Source: Octopus vulgaris
Lineage: Eukaryota
Assembly (NCBI GenBank): GCA_951406725.2
Contig: OX597843.1
Span: forward strand, 3,224,001 to 3,288,000
Length of the DNA stretch: 64,000 nt
Reading direction: 5' to 3'
The notes below the pieces were generated by a model that was not told the origin of the DNA, searched no databases, and worked only from the letters and a program-made list of their open reading frames with translations. Both the position numbers and the translations under genes were made by a program. The stretch's first letter is position 1. Each line of letters begins with the position of its first letter. This document shows, one piece after another, positions 25,811 to 37,998 of the stretch.

Positions 25811-28194
25811 AAAGCCATATCACTGTGATGAATCATTCTCTCAAAATAATCACCTAACTAAACACAAATCCATTCTTGCGGGTGAAAAATCTATAATACA
25901 TCCTTCTATTAAAATGGTAACTTAACTATACATAAGTAAATTTTTGCATGGGAGAAGCCATATCACTGCGATATCTGTGATAAATCATTCCCCAAAAAGA
26001 CAATTCATTACACAAGTAATGTGTTGATACAAGTGAGTAATTGTATCTGTATCATAATTCTTTCCATGAAGGTAATATCTTCTATAAGATTATCTTAGGA
26101 ATAATAAAACACAACACATGTCCTGTTTGTGTCGCTAGTAGAATAAGACTACCGCAACGAAAAAGAGAGAGTGCCTGATTAAATGCAGGTGAAATGTTGT
26201 AAAGAGTTTTGCTCTGACATTGCTTGTATTTTAATCCTAATAAAACTACACCTGAACGTGTATTTTGTTTATCACTTTCACACACACAAATATATATAAA
26301 AAATGATGCCTTGATATGGGAGTTCACAGAGTCCGCTTGTAAACCGGAAACTTGTAAAACAGAACAATAATCTCCCATAGGAGCAGTGTTTTAAATCCTA
26401 ATTCATCATCTTCGCTTAGCGTCCGCTTTCCATGCTAGCATGGGATGGACGGTTCGACCGGGGATCTGGGAAGCCGGAAGGCTGCACCAGGCTCCAGTCT
26501 GCTCTGGCAGTGTTTCTACAGCTGGATGCCCTTCCTAACGCCAACCACTCCGTGAGTATAGTGGGTGCTTTTTACGTGCCACCTGTACATGTGCCAGGGG
26601 AGGCTGGCAACGGCCACGATCGTATTGGTGCTTTTTACATGCCACCGGCACGGAAGCCAGTCGAGGCGACGCTGGCATCGGCCACGATACGGATAGCGCT
26701 TTTTACGTACCACCAGGCAAGGGGTCCTAGCAATTGGTTCCCAGAAAAATATTCTACCTGTAAAATTTATAATACTCATAAATAAATGTCAATAAAACAA
26801 CAGGAAAATGTAAAAAACATTTTTTGTAAAATAAAAAGAATGTCAAGATCATTTATAATAAAAAATATTATTATTATTATTATTATTGTGGTTTTCTGAA
26901 TTACTTTCATTTTCACTGGACTTAAACACACCATCACTTGTGGACACAATCACCAATTCACAAGCACTCATGGACAGACCTGTAGATCTCTTTTTAAAAA
27001 GCAAGTCTAGAGTTTTTGCCCTCTATAAATTTCTTGGTAATATGCAGAAGCATTTGTTGTGGTAGTAGAAACTTTTGGAATTCATTCAATATATGGATCT
27101 TGTGCTTGAAAGATTTCAGCTCATCATAGAAAAGTGAGGTGAAAAAAAACTTGTAAACCCAGGGTCTCGTAGAGCAGGTTCTCGTAAGGTGAGGTATTAC
27201 TCTTTTAGTCTTTTACTTGTTTCAGTCATTTGACTCCGGCCATGCTGGAGCACCGCTTTTAGTCGAGCAAATCGACCCCGGGACTTATTCTTTGTAAGCC
27301 CAGTACTTATTCTATCGGTCTATTTTGCCGAACCGCTAAGTGACGGGGACGTAAACACACCAGCATCGGTTGTCAAACAATGCTAGGGGGACAAACACAA
27401 ACACACACAAGCATATATATATATATACATATATACGACAGGCTTCTTTCAGTTTCCGTCTACCAAATCCACTCACAAGGCTTTGGTCGACCCGAGGCTA
27501 TAGTAGAAGACACTTGCCCAAGGTGCCACGCAGTGGGACTGAACCCGGAACCATGTGGTTGGTTAGCAAGCTACTTACCACACAGCCACTCCTGCGCCTA
27601 CATATATATAAATATGTGTGTGTGTATGTTTGTCGCTCGACAACCGATGCTGGTGTGTTTACGTCCCCGTAACTTAGCGATTCGGCAAAAGAGACCCATA
27701 GAATAAGTACTGGGCTTACGAAGAATAAGTCTTGGGGTCGATTTGCTCAACTAAATGGCGGTGCTCCAGCATGGCCGCAGTCAAATGACTGAAACAAGTA
27801 GAAGAGTAGTATAACCGATACGGCATTCTGGTTTCCTGATATTTGCGATGCATAAACTTCGATTCCGTTTTTCTTGTTGGAAATTGGCGGATTTTACATA
27901 CACACCTGAAGCAGGTGAGAACAAAGAAGCAAGGTTTTTTTTTTAAGATGAGACATTGCTGGTATAATGTCGTTATATCTATACTCGAGAAACCCAGGGA
28001 AAAACATAGAAACAGAATGGAAAAGAACAAGCACACACACACACACACACTGACAAGAACAGGCACACACACACACACAGACAAGAACAAGCACACACAC
28101 ACAGACAGACAAGAACAGGCACACACACACACACAGACAAGAACAGGCACACACACACACACAGACAAGAACAGGCACACGCGCCAGCTAGTCA

Positions 28195-28597
28195 TGACTA
28201 GTCGATCCTTACATTTTGTTTCTGTGTTAGTTACTTTGCAAGGTAGGTCGTCGTAGGATCGACTAGTCACGGCTAGCTTACGCGAGTGCGCGCACCGGGA
28301 CCACTGTTCTCGAGTAGTACCATCGTAAAGCTCCTCAAACTCGCGCGCACAAAGTTCGGTCTTCTAAAATCGTATGTGTGGGCGTTATGGGTTTTAATGA
28401 GCTCTGGGGTGATGGTCACGGGGATTGCATAGTGAGGTAAACGGAAGTGAAGACTGCAGGCCCCGACGAAAGAGCCACGGGCGCATGCGCGGACAGAAAG
28501 CACTTTGGCGCAATTCAATGAGAGACGGCAAGGGTGGCAGGACCCTGTTTTTCTTCAATTTAAGGGCAGCGATCGCTCGTCCCGCCTCGGTCGACAG
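28195..28597 (+). promoter_or_regulatory. Putative promoter/exon 1 of ZNF unit 4
   Basis: Same motifs; donor 28597/28598; acceptor 32544/32545. Confidence 0.6.
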
Positions 28598-29565
28598 GTA
28601 AGGCCTCTCTATGGTTAAACTATAATTTCACTGGCGATCTTACGGTATAAGTACCGGATACATTTAAAAAAGGTGGTTTTTTTTTTTATATATGGGGGGT
28701 TAGGGTTAGGGTTTGTGTTAGGGGTGGGAGAAAAGGGTTTCTCTTATCTTCAGGAATGTAAAGACACGTGTGTACTTATACCGAAGGATCGCCACATACC
28801 CTAACCCCCCCATATATATAAAAGAAACCCTTTTTTGAAACGTATCCCGTACTTGCGGAAGTACAGCAGTACTTATACCTATTTCTTTACTACCCACAAG
28901 GGGCTAAACACAGAGGGGACAGACAAAGGGATTAAGTCGGTTATATGGGCCCCAGTGCGTAACTGGTACTTAATTTATCGACACCGAAAGGATGAAAGGC
29001 AAAGTCGACCTCGGCGGAATTTGAACTCAGAACGTAACGGCAGACGAAATACCGTTAAGCATTTCGGTACTTATACCGTAAGATCGCCCACTTCCGGAAG
29101 TAGACGATCGACATTTCACTTCGATAGTGTTGGTTAATGGGTCAAACTAAAGCGCCTTTAACCCGGGCACGAAAAAGAAAAAGGAAAAAAAAAAGGTCCA
29201 TGGCCTTTAAACTATAAGTGTTTGACCCGGGCCAGAAAAACTGGACAAAATAGTGTAATAGGTGTAAAACTACTTGTTCTAAACGATTATGAAAAACATA
29301 CACACACACACACAAAGAGAAATGGTTGGTTGAAGGCAAGTGTGCATTGAACTGAATTTAAATAAGCAAGAAAGATATTATCAAAGAAAAGGCCATGGTA
29401 CCATCTTTAGGATCTGTTGTTGTTGTTGTTATTATGGGGTTGAATGTGTGGGTGTGCGGTGAAGTTATTAATATCAATATGTATGCATATATATATATAC
29501 ATACATATATATTTATATATAAATACATATGTATATATATATATAAATATATAAATACATACATC

Positions 29566-30845
29566 ATCATTATCATCATCTAGCGTCCGCTTTCCATGCT
29601 AGCATGGGTTGGACGGTTCAGCTGGGGTCTGTGAAGCCAGAAGGCTGCATCAGGCCCAGTCAGATCTGGCAGTGCTTCTACGGCTGGATGCCCTTCCTAA
29701 CGCAAACCACTCCGTGAGTGTAGTTGGTGTTTTTTACATGCCACCCGCACAGGTGCCAGACAGAGCTGGCAAACAGCCACGAACGGATGGTGCTTTCACG
29801 TGTCACTGGCACGGGGGCCATGCGAGGCTGGCAGCGGACACGAACGGATGGTGCTTTTACTTGCCACCGGCACAGAGGCTGGGCGGCGCCGGCAACGACC
29901 ACGATCGGATGGTTCGCTTAACCACAGCTGCAATTCCCACTGATGTTGATTGACCTCAATTTTGGTTCTGCTTTCTGATATATGATTTGATTTGGTTTGA
30001 TTTTGATTGTTCTCACTGGTCTTGCCGGGTCTTCTCACGCACAGCATACTTGCATAGGTCTCGGTCTCTGGTCATTTCCTCGGTGAGACCTAAAGTTCGA
30101 AGGTCGTGCTTCACCACCTCGACCCAGGTTTTCCTGGGTCTACCTATTCCATAGGTCCCCTCAACTGCCAGGGTGTGGCACTTTTTCACACACCTATCTT
30201 CATCCATTCTCGCCACATGACCATACCAGCGCAATCGTCTCTCTTGCACACAACATCTGATGCTTCTTAGGTCCAACTTTTCTCTCAAGGTACTTACACT
30301 CTGTCAACTATGAACACTGACATTACACATCCAACGGAGCATACTAGCTTCATTTCTTGCGAGCTTACACAAATCCTCAGAAGTCACAGCCCAAGTTTCA
30401 CTACCATGTAGCATGGCTGTACGTGCACAAGCACCATACAGTCTGCCTTTTACTTTGAGCGAAAGGCCTTTTGTCACCAGCAGGGATAAGAGCTCTCTAA
30501 ACTTTGCCCAGGTTATTCTTACTCTAGCAGTTACACTTTCAGCACACCCGCCCCCGCTACAGACTCGGTAACCTAGGTAGCGGAAGCTATCAACTACTTC
30601 TAGTTTTTCTCCCTGAAACGTGATAGAAGTTGGTCTCTGCATATTTTCAGAGTTTATTGCTCCTGAGCATCTGCCACAGATAAAAACTATTTTCCTAGTT
30701 AGTCTTCCTTTGACATTACTACATCTCTTATGTGTCCATAGCTTACATTTGGTGCATCTTATAGAGTTTCTACCTACGCTTCTTCTACAGATCGAGCAAG
30801 GCCATCTACCTGAAGGCGTTTGTGATTGGTCTACCTTCCTACTTA
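29566..30845 (-). mobile_element. 5'-truncated RTE LINE (PHD-like region to tail)
   Basis: ORFs 30304-30845 and 30013-30288 match the C-terminus of the 38742-41285 ORF. Confidence 0.9.
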
Positions 30846-30851
30846 TGTATG

Positions 30852-30883
<32 letters not shown>

Positions 30884-30914
30884 TATATAAATACATATAT
30901 ATGTATGTATATAA

Positions 30915-30951
<37 letters not shown>

Positions 30952-30971
30952 CATATATATGTATGTATATA

Positions 30972-31003
<32 letters not shown>

Positions 31004-31564
31004 AATGTATATCTATATATATACATATATATATATATATAAATGCATATATATATATATAAATGTATATCTATATATATATATATATATATATATAAAT
31101 GCATATATATATATAAATACATACGTATATTTATATATATACTAGCAGTATAACCCAGCTTTGCCCGGCATTAAGTTAGGATTATTAAGCTAAAGAAGTT
31201 CTTTATTTCAAACCAAACAGAATATATTCCTTGCCACCGGTACAACACTCACCGACAAACCGCCGCGAAGCAGCTCGAGTAATTCAGTTCGTCTCGTCAA
31301 AAGCCAGCACACCAAACTGACCGACGCATGCGCGGGAAGCAAGCTTCTTACCCTGCAGCCATGCCTGCACCTATGGTAGAATTCTTCAGAAATTCTACAG
31401 GATTGGCTGTGTGGTAAGTAGCTCGCTAACCAACCACATGGTTCCGGGTTCAGTCCCACTGCGTGGCATCTTGGGCAAGTGTCTTCTGCTATAGACCCGG
31501 GCCGACCAATGCCTTGTGAGTGGATTTGGGAGACGGAAACTGAAAGAAGCCTGTCATATATATG

Positions 31565-31597
<33 letters not shown>

Positions 31598-32910
31598 TTG
31601 TCCCCCTAGCATTGCTTGACAACCGATGCTGGTGTGTTTACGTGCCCGTCACTTAGCGGTTCGACAAATAAGACCGATAGAATAAGTACTGGGCTTACAA
31701 AGAATAAGTCCCGAGGTCGATTTGCTCGACTAAAGGCGGTGCTCCAGCATGGCCGCAGGCAAGTGACTGAAACAAGTCAGAGAGTAAAGAGTAAGAGTAT
31801 CTAACCTTCCAGCAGCATATAAACAGAACATCAGGACATCTATTTCTTTGGCTTCACTTAAATTTTACTTCCAGATTGATTCAATTATGAAACTGCCAAG
31901 GAATTTTCAATTTGTCAACTACTGTCAAATTAGTATTATTCCTACCGCTCTATGTCACGCTGGTGAGACCCATATTGGAGTACGGGATTCAAGCCTCTTC
32001 TCCTTATCTCCTCAAAGACATACAGCATCTCGAAAGAGTCCAGAAGTTGGCTACCCGCATGGTTCTTGGTGTCAAGAATTTGTCTTATGATGAAAGGCTG
32101 ACGACGCTCGACCTTTATTCTCTAGAAAAACGACGATGCCGTGGTGATCTCATTCTTGCTCACAACATCATAAGCAGAAAGTGTAACCTCTCAAAAGAGC
32201 TGTTCTTCGCTCCTGCTCCAGAGCGTTGGCTGCGGGGTAATTCCGAAAAGCTCTATCTGCGACGATTTCATCTCAATCGAAGGAGAGGGGCTTCCTCCGT
32301 CCGGGTTGCAGATCCGTGGGATAAGCTGCCGGACGAGATGGTGAAGATGCCGACGACTGCTCAGTTCACAGTCTCCCTTGACCACAAGTGGCCTGAACTC
32401 TTTACATGAACACCACCCTGTACATAACTCCATGTCCCCCTACATGGCCTTGCTTTTTGCTTTTTGAGCCAAAAATTAACTAACTAACTAACCTTAAATT
32501 TCTATGTCTCCTCCCTGATTGACGCAGTTTCTCTGATATTTCAGATAACCAGAAGACATTGGCAGCAAAGAATACTTCAGTGGTCAGAATCGACATTTGC
32601 CATCTTTCAAAGATTAAAGGAGAACATCACAGGGAACAGATATCACACGGAATATGTAAACACATGGTGGAATTACTGTGGAATATTTCTTCCGAGTAAG
32701 ACTGTTAGCGAAATATCTCTACTTCTTCACTGTCTGGAATGTTTTGAAGATGATATGGTATTCTAATTAAACTTGGATGACAAAGGAGTTTGAGGCATCT
32801 TCAGATAACAGAAGATTCAGGAAATATAAAGAGAATAAGTATTTGTTAATGAAAACAGAATTTAGTTCGGAAAAAGTAAAATATCTGAATATTGTGGTAA
32901 GAGGAAGAAA

Positions 32911-33597
32911 ATGATGGAAAACGAATTCTGTGAAGGCGGCAGTGTTAAATGTAAATCAGAGTTTGACAATAATGATTTTCTTGATGAGAAGCCAAAAGAC
33001 GGAGGGCAAAAACCCTATTCTTGTGATATATGTAAAATGTCATTCTCTAAAAACGGTAAACTCATTGTTCACAAACGTGTTCATACAGGAGAGAAGACAT
33101 ATCGGTGTGATATCTGTGGTAAATCATTCTCTCGAAGTGATAACTTATCTAGACACAAACGCATTCATACAGGGGAAAAGCTATTTGACTGTGACATTTG
33201 TGGTGAATCATTTACTCAGAAAGATATTCTAATTAAACACAAACGTATTCATACACGAGAGAAGTCATATCAGTGTGAGATTTGTGGTAAATCATTCTCT
33301 GTGAGCAGTAGCTTAAATACACACAAACGTATTCATACAGGAGAGAAACCCTATCACTGTGAGATTTGTGGTAAATCATTCTCTGTGAGCAGTAGCTTAA
33401 ATTCACACAAACGTATCCATACAGGAGAGAAGCCATATCGGTGTGATATCTGTGGTAAATCATTCTCTCGAAGTGTTCACTTAGCTAATCACAGACGTGT
33501 TCATACAGGAGAGAAGCCATATCACTGTGAGATCTGTGGTAAATCATTTTCTATAAAACATAGCTTGGCTAGACACAAACTTACACATACGGGATAA
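32911..33597 (+). CDS. Poly-C2H2 zinc-finger protein, 228 aa, 7 fingers (ZNF unit 4)
   Basis: Same leader; first three fingers match unit 3; terminal IKHSLAR finger matches units 2 and 5. Confidence 0.93.
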   Translation: MMENEFCEGGSVKCKSEFDNNDFLDEKPKDGGQKPYSCDICKMSFSKNGKLIVHKRVHTGEKTYRCDICGKSFSRSDNLSRHKRIHTGEKLFDCDICGESFTQKDILIKHKRIHTREKSYQCEICGKSFSVSSSLNTHKRIHTGEKPYHCEICGKSFSVSSSLNSHKRIHTGEKPYRCDICGKSFSRSVHLANHRRVHTGEKPYHCEICGKSFSIKHSLARHKLTHTG

Positions 33598-33759
33598 AAG
33601 CTATATCACTGTGATGAATCATTCTCTCAAAATAATCACCTAACTAAACACAAATCCATTCTTGCGGGTGAAAAATCTATAATACATCCTTCTTTCAAAA
33701 TAGTCACTTAACTATACATAAGTAAATTTTTGCATGGAAGAAGCCATATCACTGTGATA

Positions 33760-34143
33760 TATTTATATATAAAAGTGAAGTTGTGTGTCTGTCTCCTACG
33801 ATTTAGATTCCTAACTACTCCCACATTTTGCGGTGCAGTTTAACCAGAAGCGGGTATCTTATAGTCGTGATTCATATCGAGCCCTTCTGGGTATTAGCGT
33901 GAGTCTACAATTTTAGAAATGATTTACCATAATTTTTCACCATTTTTAATTCAATTTTTTGCAATTATATAAGGGAAGTAACTCTCTAAAAATGTATTAT
34001 TAAATCTCAGAACTTTAAAAGCTACAGTAACACCCCACTTTGTGGTTTGCCATATTGGGATTGCTATTATACTTTACATCTCTAAAAATGCTTATATAGT
34101 TATTTCCCTTACAAACCCGAGCAACGCCGGGCGATACTGCTAG
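33760..34143 (+). mobile_element. Non-autonomous Helitron-like insertion (384 bp)
   Basis: Inserted between A and T of gata|tctg with no TSD (compare other units); ends with hairpin CCCG..CGGG then atactgCTAG; 5' end is TA rather than canonical TC. Confidence 0.8.
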
Positions 34144-34490
34144 TCTGCGATAAATCATTCCCCAAAAAGACAATTCATTACACAAGTAATATGTTCATAC
34201 AAGTGAGTAATTGTATCTGTATCATAATTCTTTCTATGAAGGTAATATCTTCTATAAGATTATCTTAGAAATAATAAAACACAACACACGTCCTGTTTGT
34301 GTCGCTAGTAGAATAAGACTACCGCAACGAAAAAGAGAGAGTGCCTGATTAAATGCAGGTGAACTGTTGTAAAAAGTTTTGCTCTGACATTGCTGGTATT
34401 TTAATCCTAATAAAACTACACCTGAACGTGTATTTAGTTTATCAGTTTCACATACAGAAATATATATAAAATAATGCCTTGATATGGGAG

Positions 34491-35093
34491 TTCACAGAGT
34501 CCGCTTGTAAACCGGAAACTTGTAAAACAGAACAATAATCTCCCATAGGAGCAGTGTTTCACAGGGTCCGCTTGGAAACCGGAAACTTGTAAAACAGAAC
34601 AATAATCTCCCATAGGAGCAGTGTTTCACAGGGTCCGCTTGGAAACCGGAAACTTGTAAAACAGAACAATAATCTCCCATAGGAGCAGTGTTTCACAGGG
34701 TCCGCTTGTAAACCGGAAACTTGTAAAACAGAACAATAATCTCCCATAGGAGCAGTGTTTCACAGGGTCCGCTTGGAAACCGGAAACTTGTAAAACAGAA
34801 CAATAATCTCCCATAGGAGCAGTGTTTCACAGGGTCCGCTTGGAAACCGGAAACTTGTAAAACAGAACAATAATCTCCCATAGGAGCAGTGTTTCACAGG
34901 GTCCGCTTGGAAACTGGAAACTTGTAAAACAGAACAATAATCTCCCATAGGAGCAGTGTTTCACAGGGTCCGCTTGGAAACCGGAAACTTGTAAAACAGA
35001 ACAATAATCTCCCATAGGAGCAGTGTTTCACCGAGTCCGCTTGGAAACCGGAAACTTGTAAAACAGAACAATAATCTCCCATAGGAGCAGTGT
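34491..35093. repeat. 67-bp minisatellite, 9 copies
   Basis: Exact 67-bp period, also seen as staggered 62-aa ORFs. Confidence 0.95.
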
Positions 35094-36545
35094 TTTAAAT
35101 CCTAATTCATCATCATCATCGTTTAGCATCCGCTTTCCAAGCTAGCATGGGTTGGACAGTTCAACCGGGGATTTGGGAAGCCAGAAGGCTGCACCAGGCT
35201 CCAGTCTGATCTGGCAGTGTTTCTACAGCTGGATGCCCTTCCTAACGCCAACCACTCCGTGAGTGTAGTGGGTGCTTTTTATGTGCCACCTATACAGGTG
35301 CCTGGCGAGGCTGGCAATGGGCACGATTGGATTGATGCATTTTACATGCCACCGGCATGGAAGCCAGTCGAGGCGACGCTGGCATTGCCCGCGATGCGGA
35401 GAGCGCTTTTTACGTACCACCAGTTTCTGGCAATTGGTTCCCAGAAAAATATTCTACCTGTAAAATTTATAATACTCATAAATAAATGGCAATAAAACAA
35501 CAGGAGAATGTAAAAAATATTTTTGTAAAATAAAAAGAATGTCAAGATCATTTATAATAAAAATTATTATTATTATTATTATTATGGTTTTCTGAATTAC
35601 TTTCATTTTGACTGGACTTAAACACACCATCCATTGTAGACACAATCACCAATTCACAAGCACTCATGGACAGACCTGTAGATCCCTTTTTAAAAAACAA
35701 GTCTAGTGTTTTTGCCCTGCATAAACTTCTTAGTAATACGCAGAAGCATTTGTTATGGTAGTAGAAACTTTTGGAATTCATTCAATATATGGATCTTGTG
35801 CTTGAAAGATTTCAGCTCATCATAGAAAAGTGAGGTGAAAAAAAACTTGTAAACCCAGGTTCTCATATATACGACAGGCTTCTTTCAGTTTCCGTCTACC
35901 AAATCCACTCACAAGGCTTTGGTCGGCCCGAGGCTATAGTAGAAGACACTTCCCCAAGGTGCCACGCAGTGGGACTGAACCCGGAACCATGTGGTCGGTA
36001 AACAAGCTACTTACCACACAGCCACTCCTGCGCGTATATATATATAAATATGTGCGTGTATGTTTATCGCTTGACAACCGATACTGGTGTGTTTACATCC
36101 CCGTAATCTAGCGATTCGGCAAAAGAGACCCATAGAATAAGTACTGGGGTCGATTTGCTCAACTAAATGGCGGTGCTCCAGCATGGCCGCAGTCAAATGA
36201 CTGAAACAAGTAGAAGAGTAGTATAACCGATACGGCATTCTGGTTTCCTGATATTTGCGATGCATAAACTTCGATTCCGTTTTTCTTGTTGGAAATTGGC
36301 GGATTTTACATACACACCTGAAGCAGGTGAGAAGAAATAAGCAAGCTTTTTTTTTAAGATGAGACATTGCTGGTATAATGTCGTTATATCTATACTCGAG
36401 AAACCCAGGGAAGAACATAGAAACAGAATGGAAGAGAACAAGCACACACACACAGACAAGAACAAACACACACACACACAGACACACACTGACAAGAACA
36501 AACACACACACACACACAAGAACAAGCACACGCGCCAGCTAGTCA

Positions 36546-36948
36546 TGACTAGTCGATCCTTACATTGTGTTTTTGTGTTATTTACTTTGCAAGGTAGGTC
36601 GTCGAAGGATCGACTAGTTACGGCTAGCTTACGCGAGTGCGCGCACCGGGACCACTCTTCTCGAGTAGTACCATCGTAAAGCTCCTCAAACTCGCGCGCA
36701 CAAAGTTCGGTCTTCTAAAATCGTATGTGTGGGCGTTATGGGTTTTAATGAGCTCTGGGGTGATGGTCACGGGGATTGCATAGTGAGGTAAACGGAAGTG
36801 AAGACTGCAGGCCCCGGCGAAAGAGCCACGAGCGCATGCGCGGACAGAAAGCACGTTGGCGCAATTCAATGAGAGACGGCAAGGGTGGCAGGACCCTGTT
36901 TTTCTTCAATTTAAGGGCAGCGATCGCTCGTCCCGCCTCGGTCGACAG
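36546..36948 (+). promoter_or_regulatory. Putative promoter/exon 1 of ZNF unit 5
   Basis: Same motifs; donor 36948/36949; acceptor 43910/43911. Confidence 0.6.
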
Positions 36949-37998
36949 GTAAGGCCTCTCTATGGTTAAACTATTATTTCACTGGCGATCTTACGGTATA
37001 AGTACCGGATACATTTAAAAAAAGTGGGGTTTTTTTATATATGGGGGGGTCAGGGATAGGGTTTGTGTTAGGGGTGGGTGAAAAGGGTTTCTCTTATCTT
37101 CAGAAATGTAAAGTCACGTGTGTACATGTACCGAAGGATCGCCACATACCCTAACCCCCCCATATATATAAAAGAGACCCTTTTTTGAAACGTATCCCGT
37201 ACTTGGGAAGTACAGCGGTACTCATACCTATTTCTTTAGGTTAATATAGGGCGTTACGATTATCAGAAAATCAAAAAAAAAATGTGTGTAATAGGTGTAA
37301 AACAACTTCCTATGAACGAATATGAAAAAAAAATTCGCGCACGCGAAAGGGGGTTGGGGAGAGGCCTCGGAAAATTCACATCGGGAAGTTCCGAAAGCGT
37401 CTGAGGAGCTGACCCGGGCACCAAAACAAAAAAAAAAAATAGTGTAATATGTGTAAAACAACTTGCTCTAAACGAATATGACAAAAAAAATGCGCTCTCG
37501 CGAAAGAGGGGTGGGGGAGAGGCCTCGGAATATTTATATCGGGAATTTCCGAAAGCGTCTGAACCGGGCACAAAAACTGGACAAAATAGTGTAATAGGTG
37601 TAAAACTACTTATTCTAAACGATTATGAAAAACATACACACACACAAAGAGAAATGGTTGGTTGAAGGCAAGTGTGCATTGAACTGAATTTAAATAAGCA
37701 AGAAAGATGTTATCAAAGAAAAGGCCATGGGACCATCTTTAGGATCTGTTGTTGTTGTTGTTATTATGGGGTTGAATGTGTGGGTGTGCGGTGAAGTTAT
37801 TAATATCAATATGTATGCATATATATATATACATACATATATATCTATGTATGTGTATACATATATATATAAATACATACATACATATATATGTATGTAT
37901 ATATATATATATATAAATACTTATATATGTATGTATATATATGTATATATATATACATATATATGTATGTATATATATAAATGTATATATATATAAAT

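Noticed and set aside
34491-35093. CRISPR-like regular repeats (also the 123-bp and 72-bp arrays)
   Set aside because: Contiguous tandem units with no unique spacers, no cas genes, eukaryotic context.
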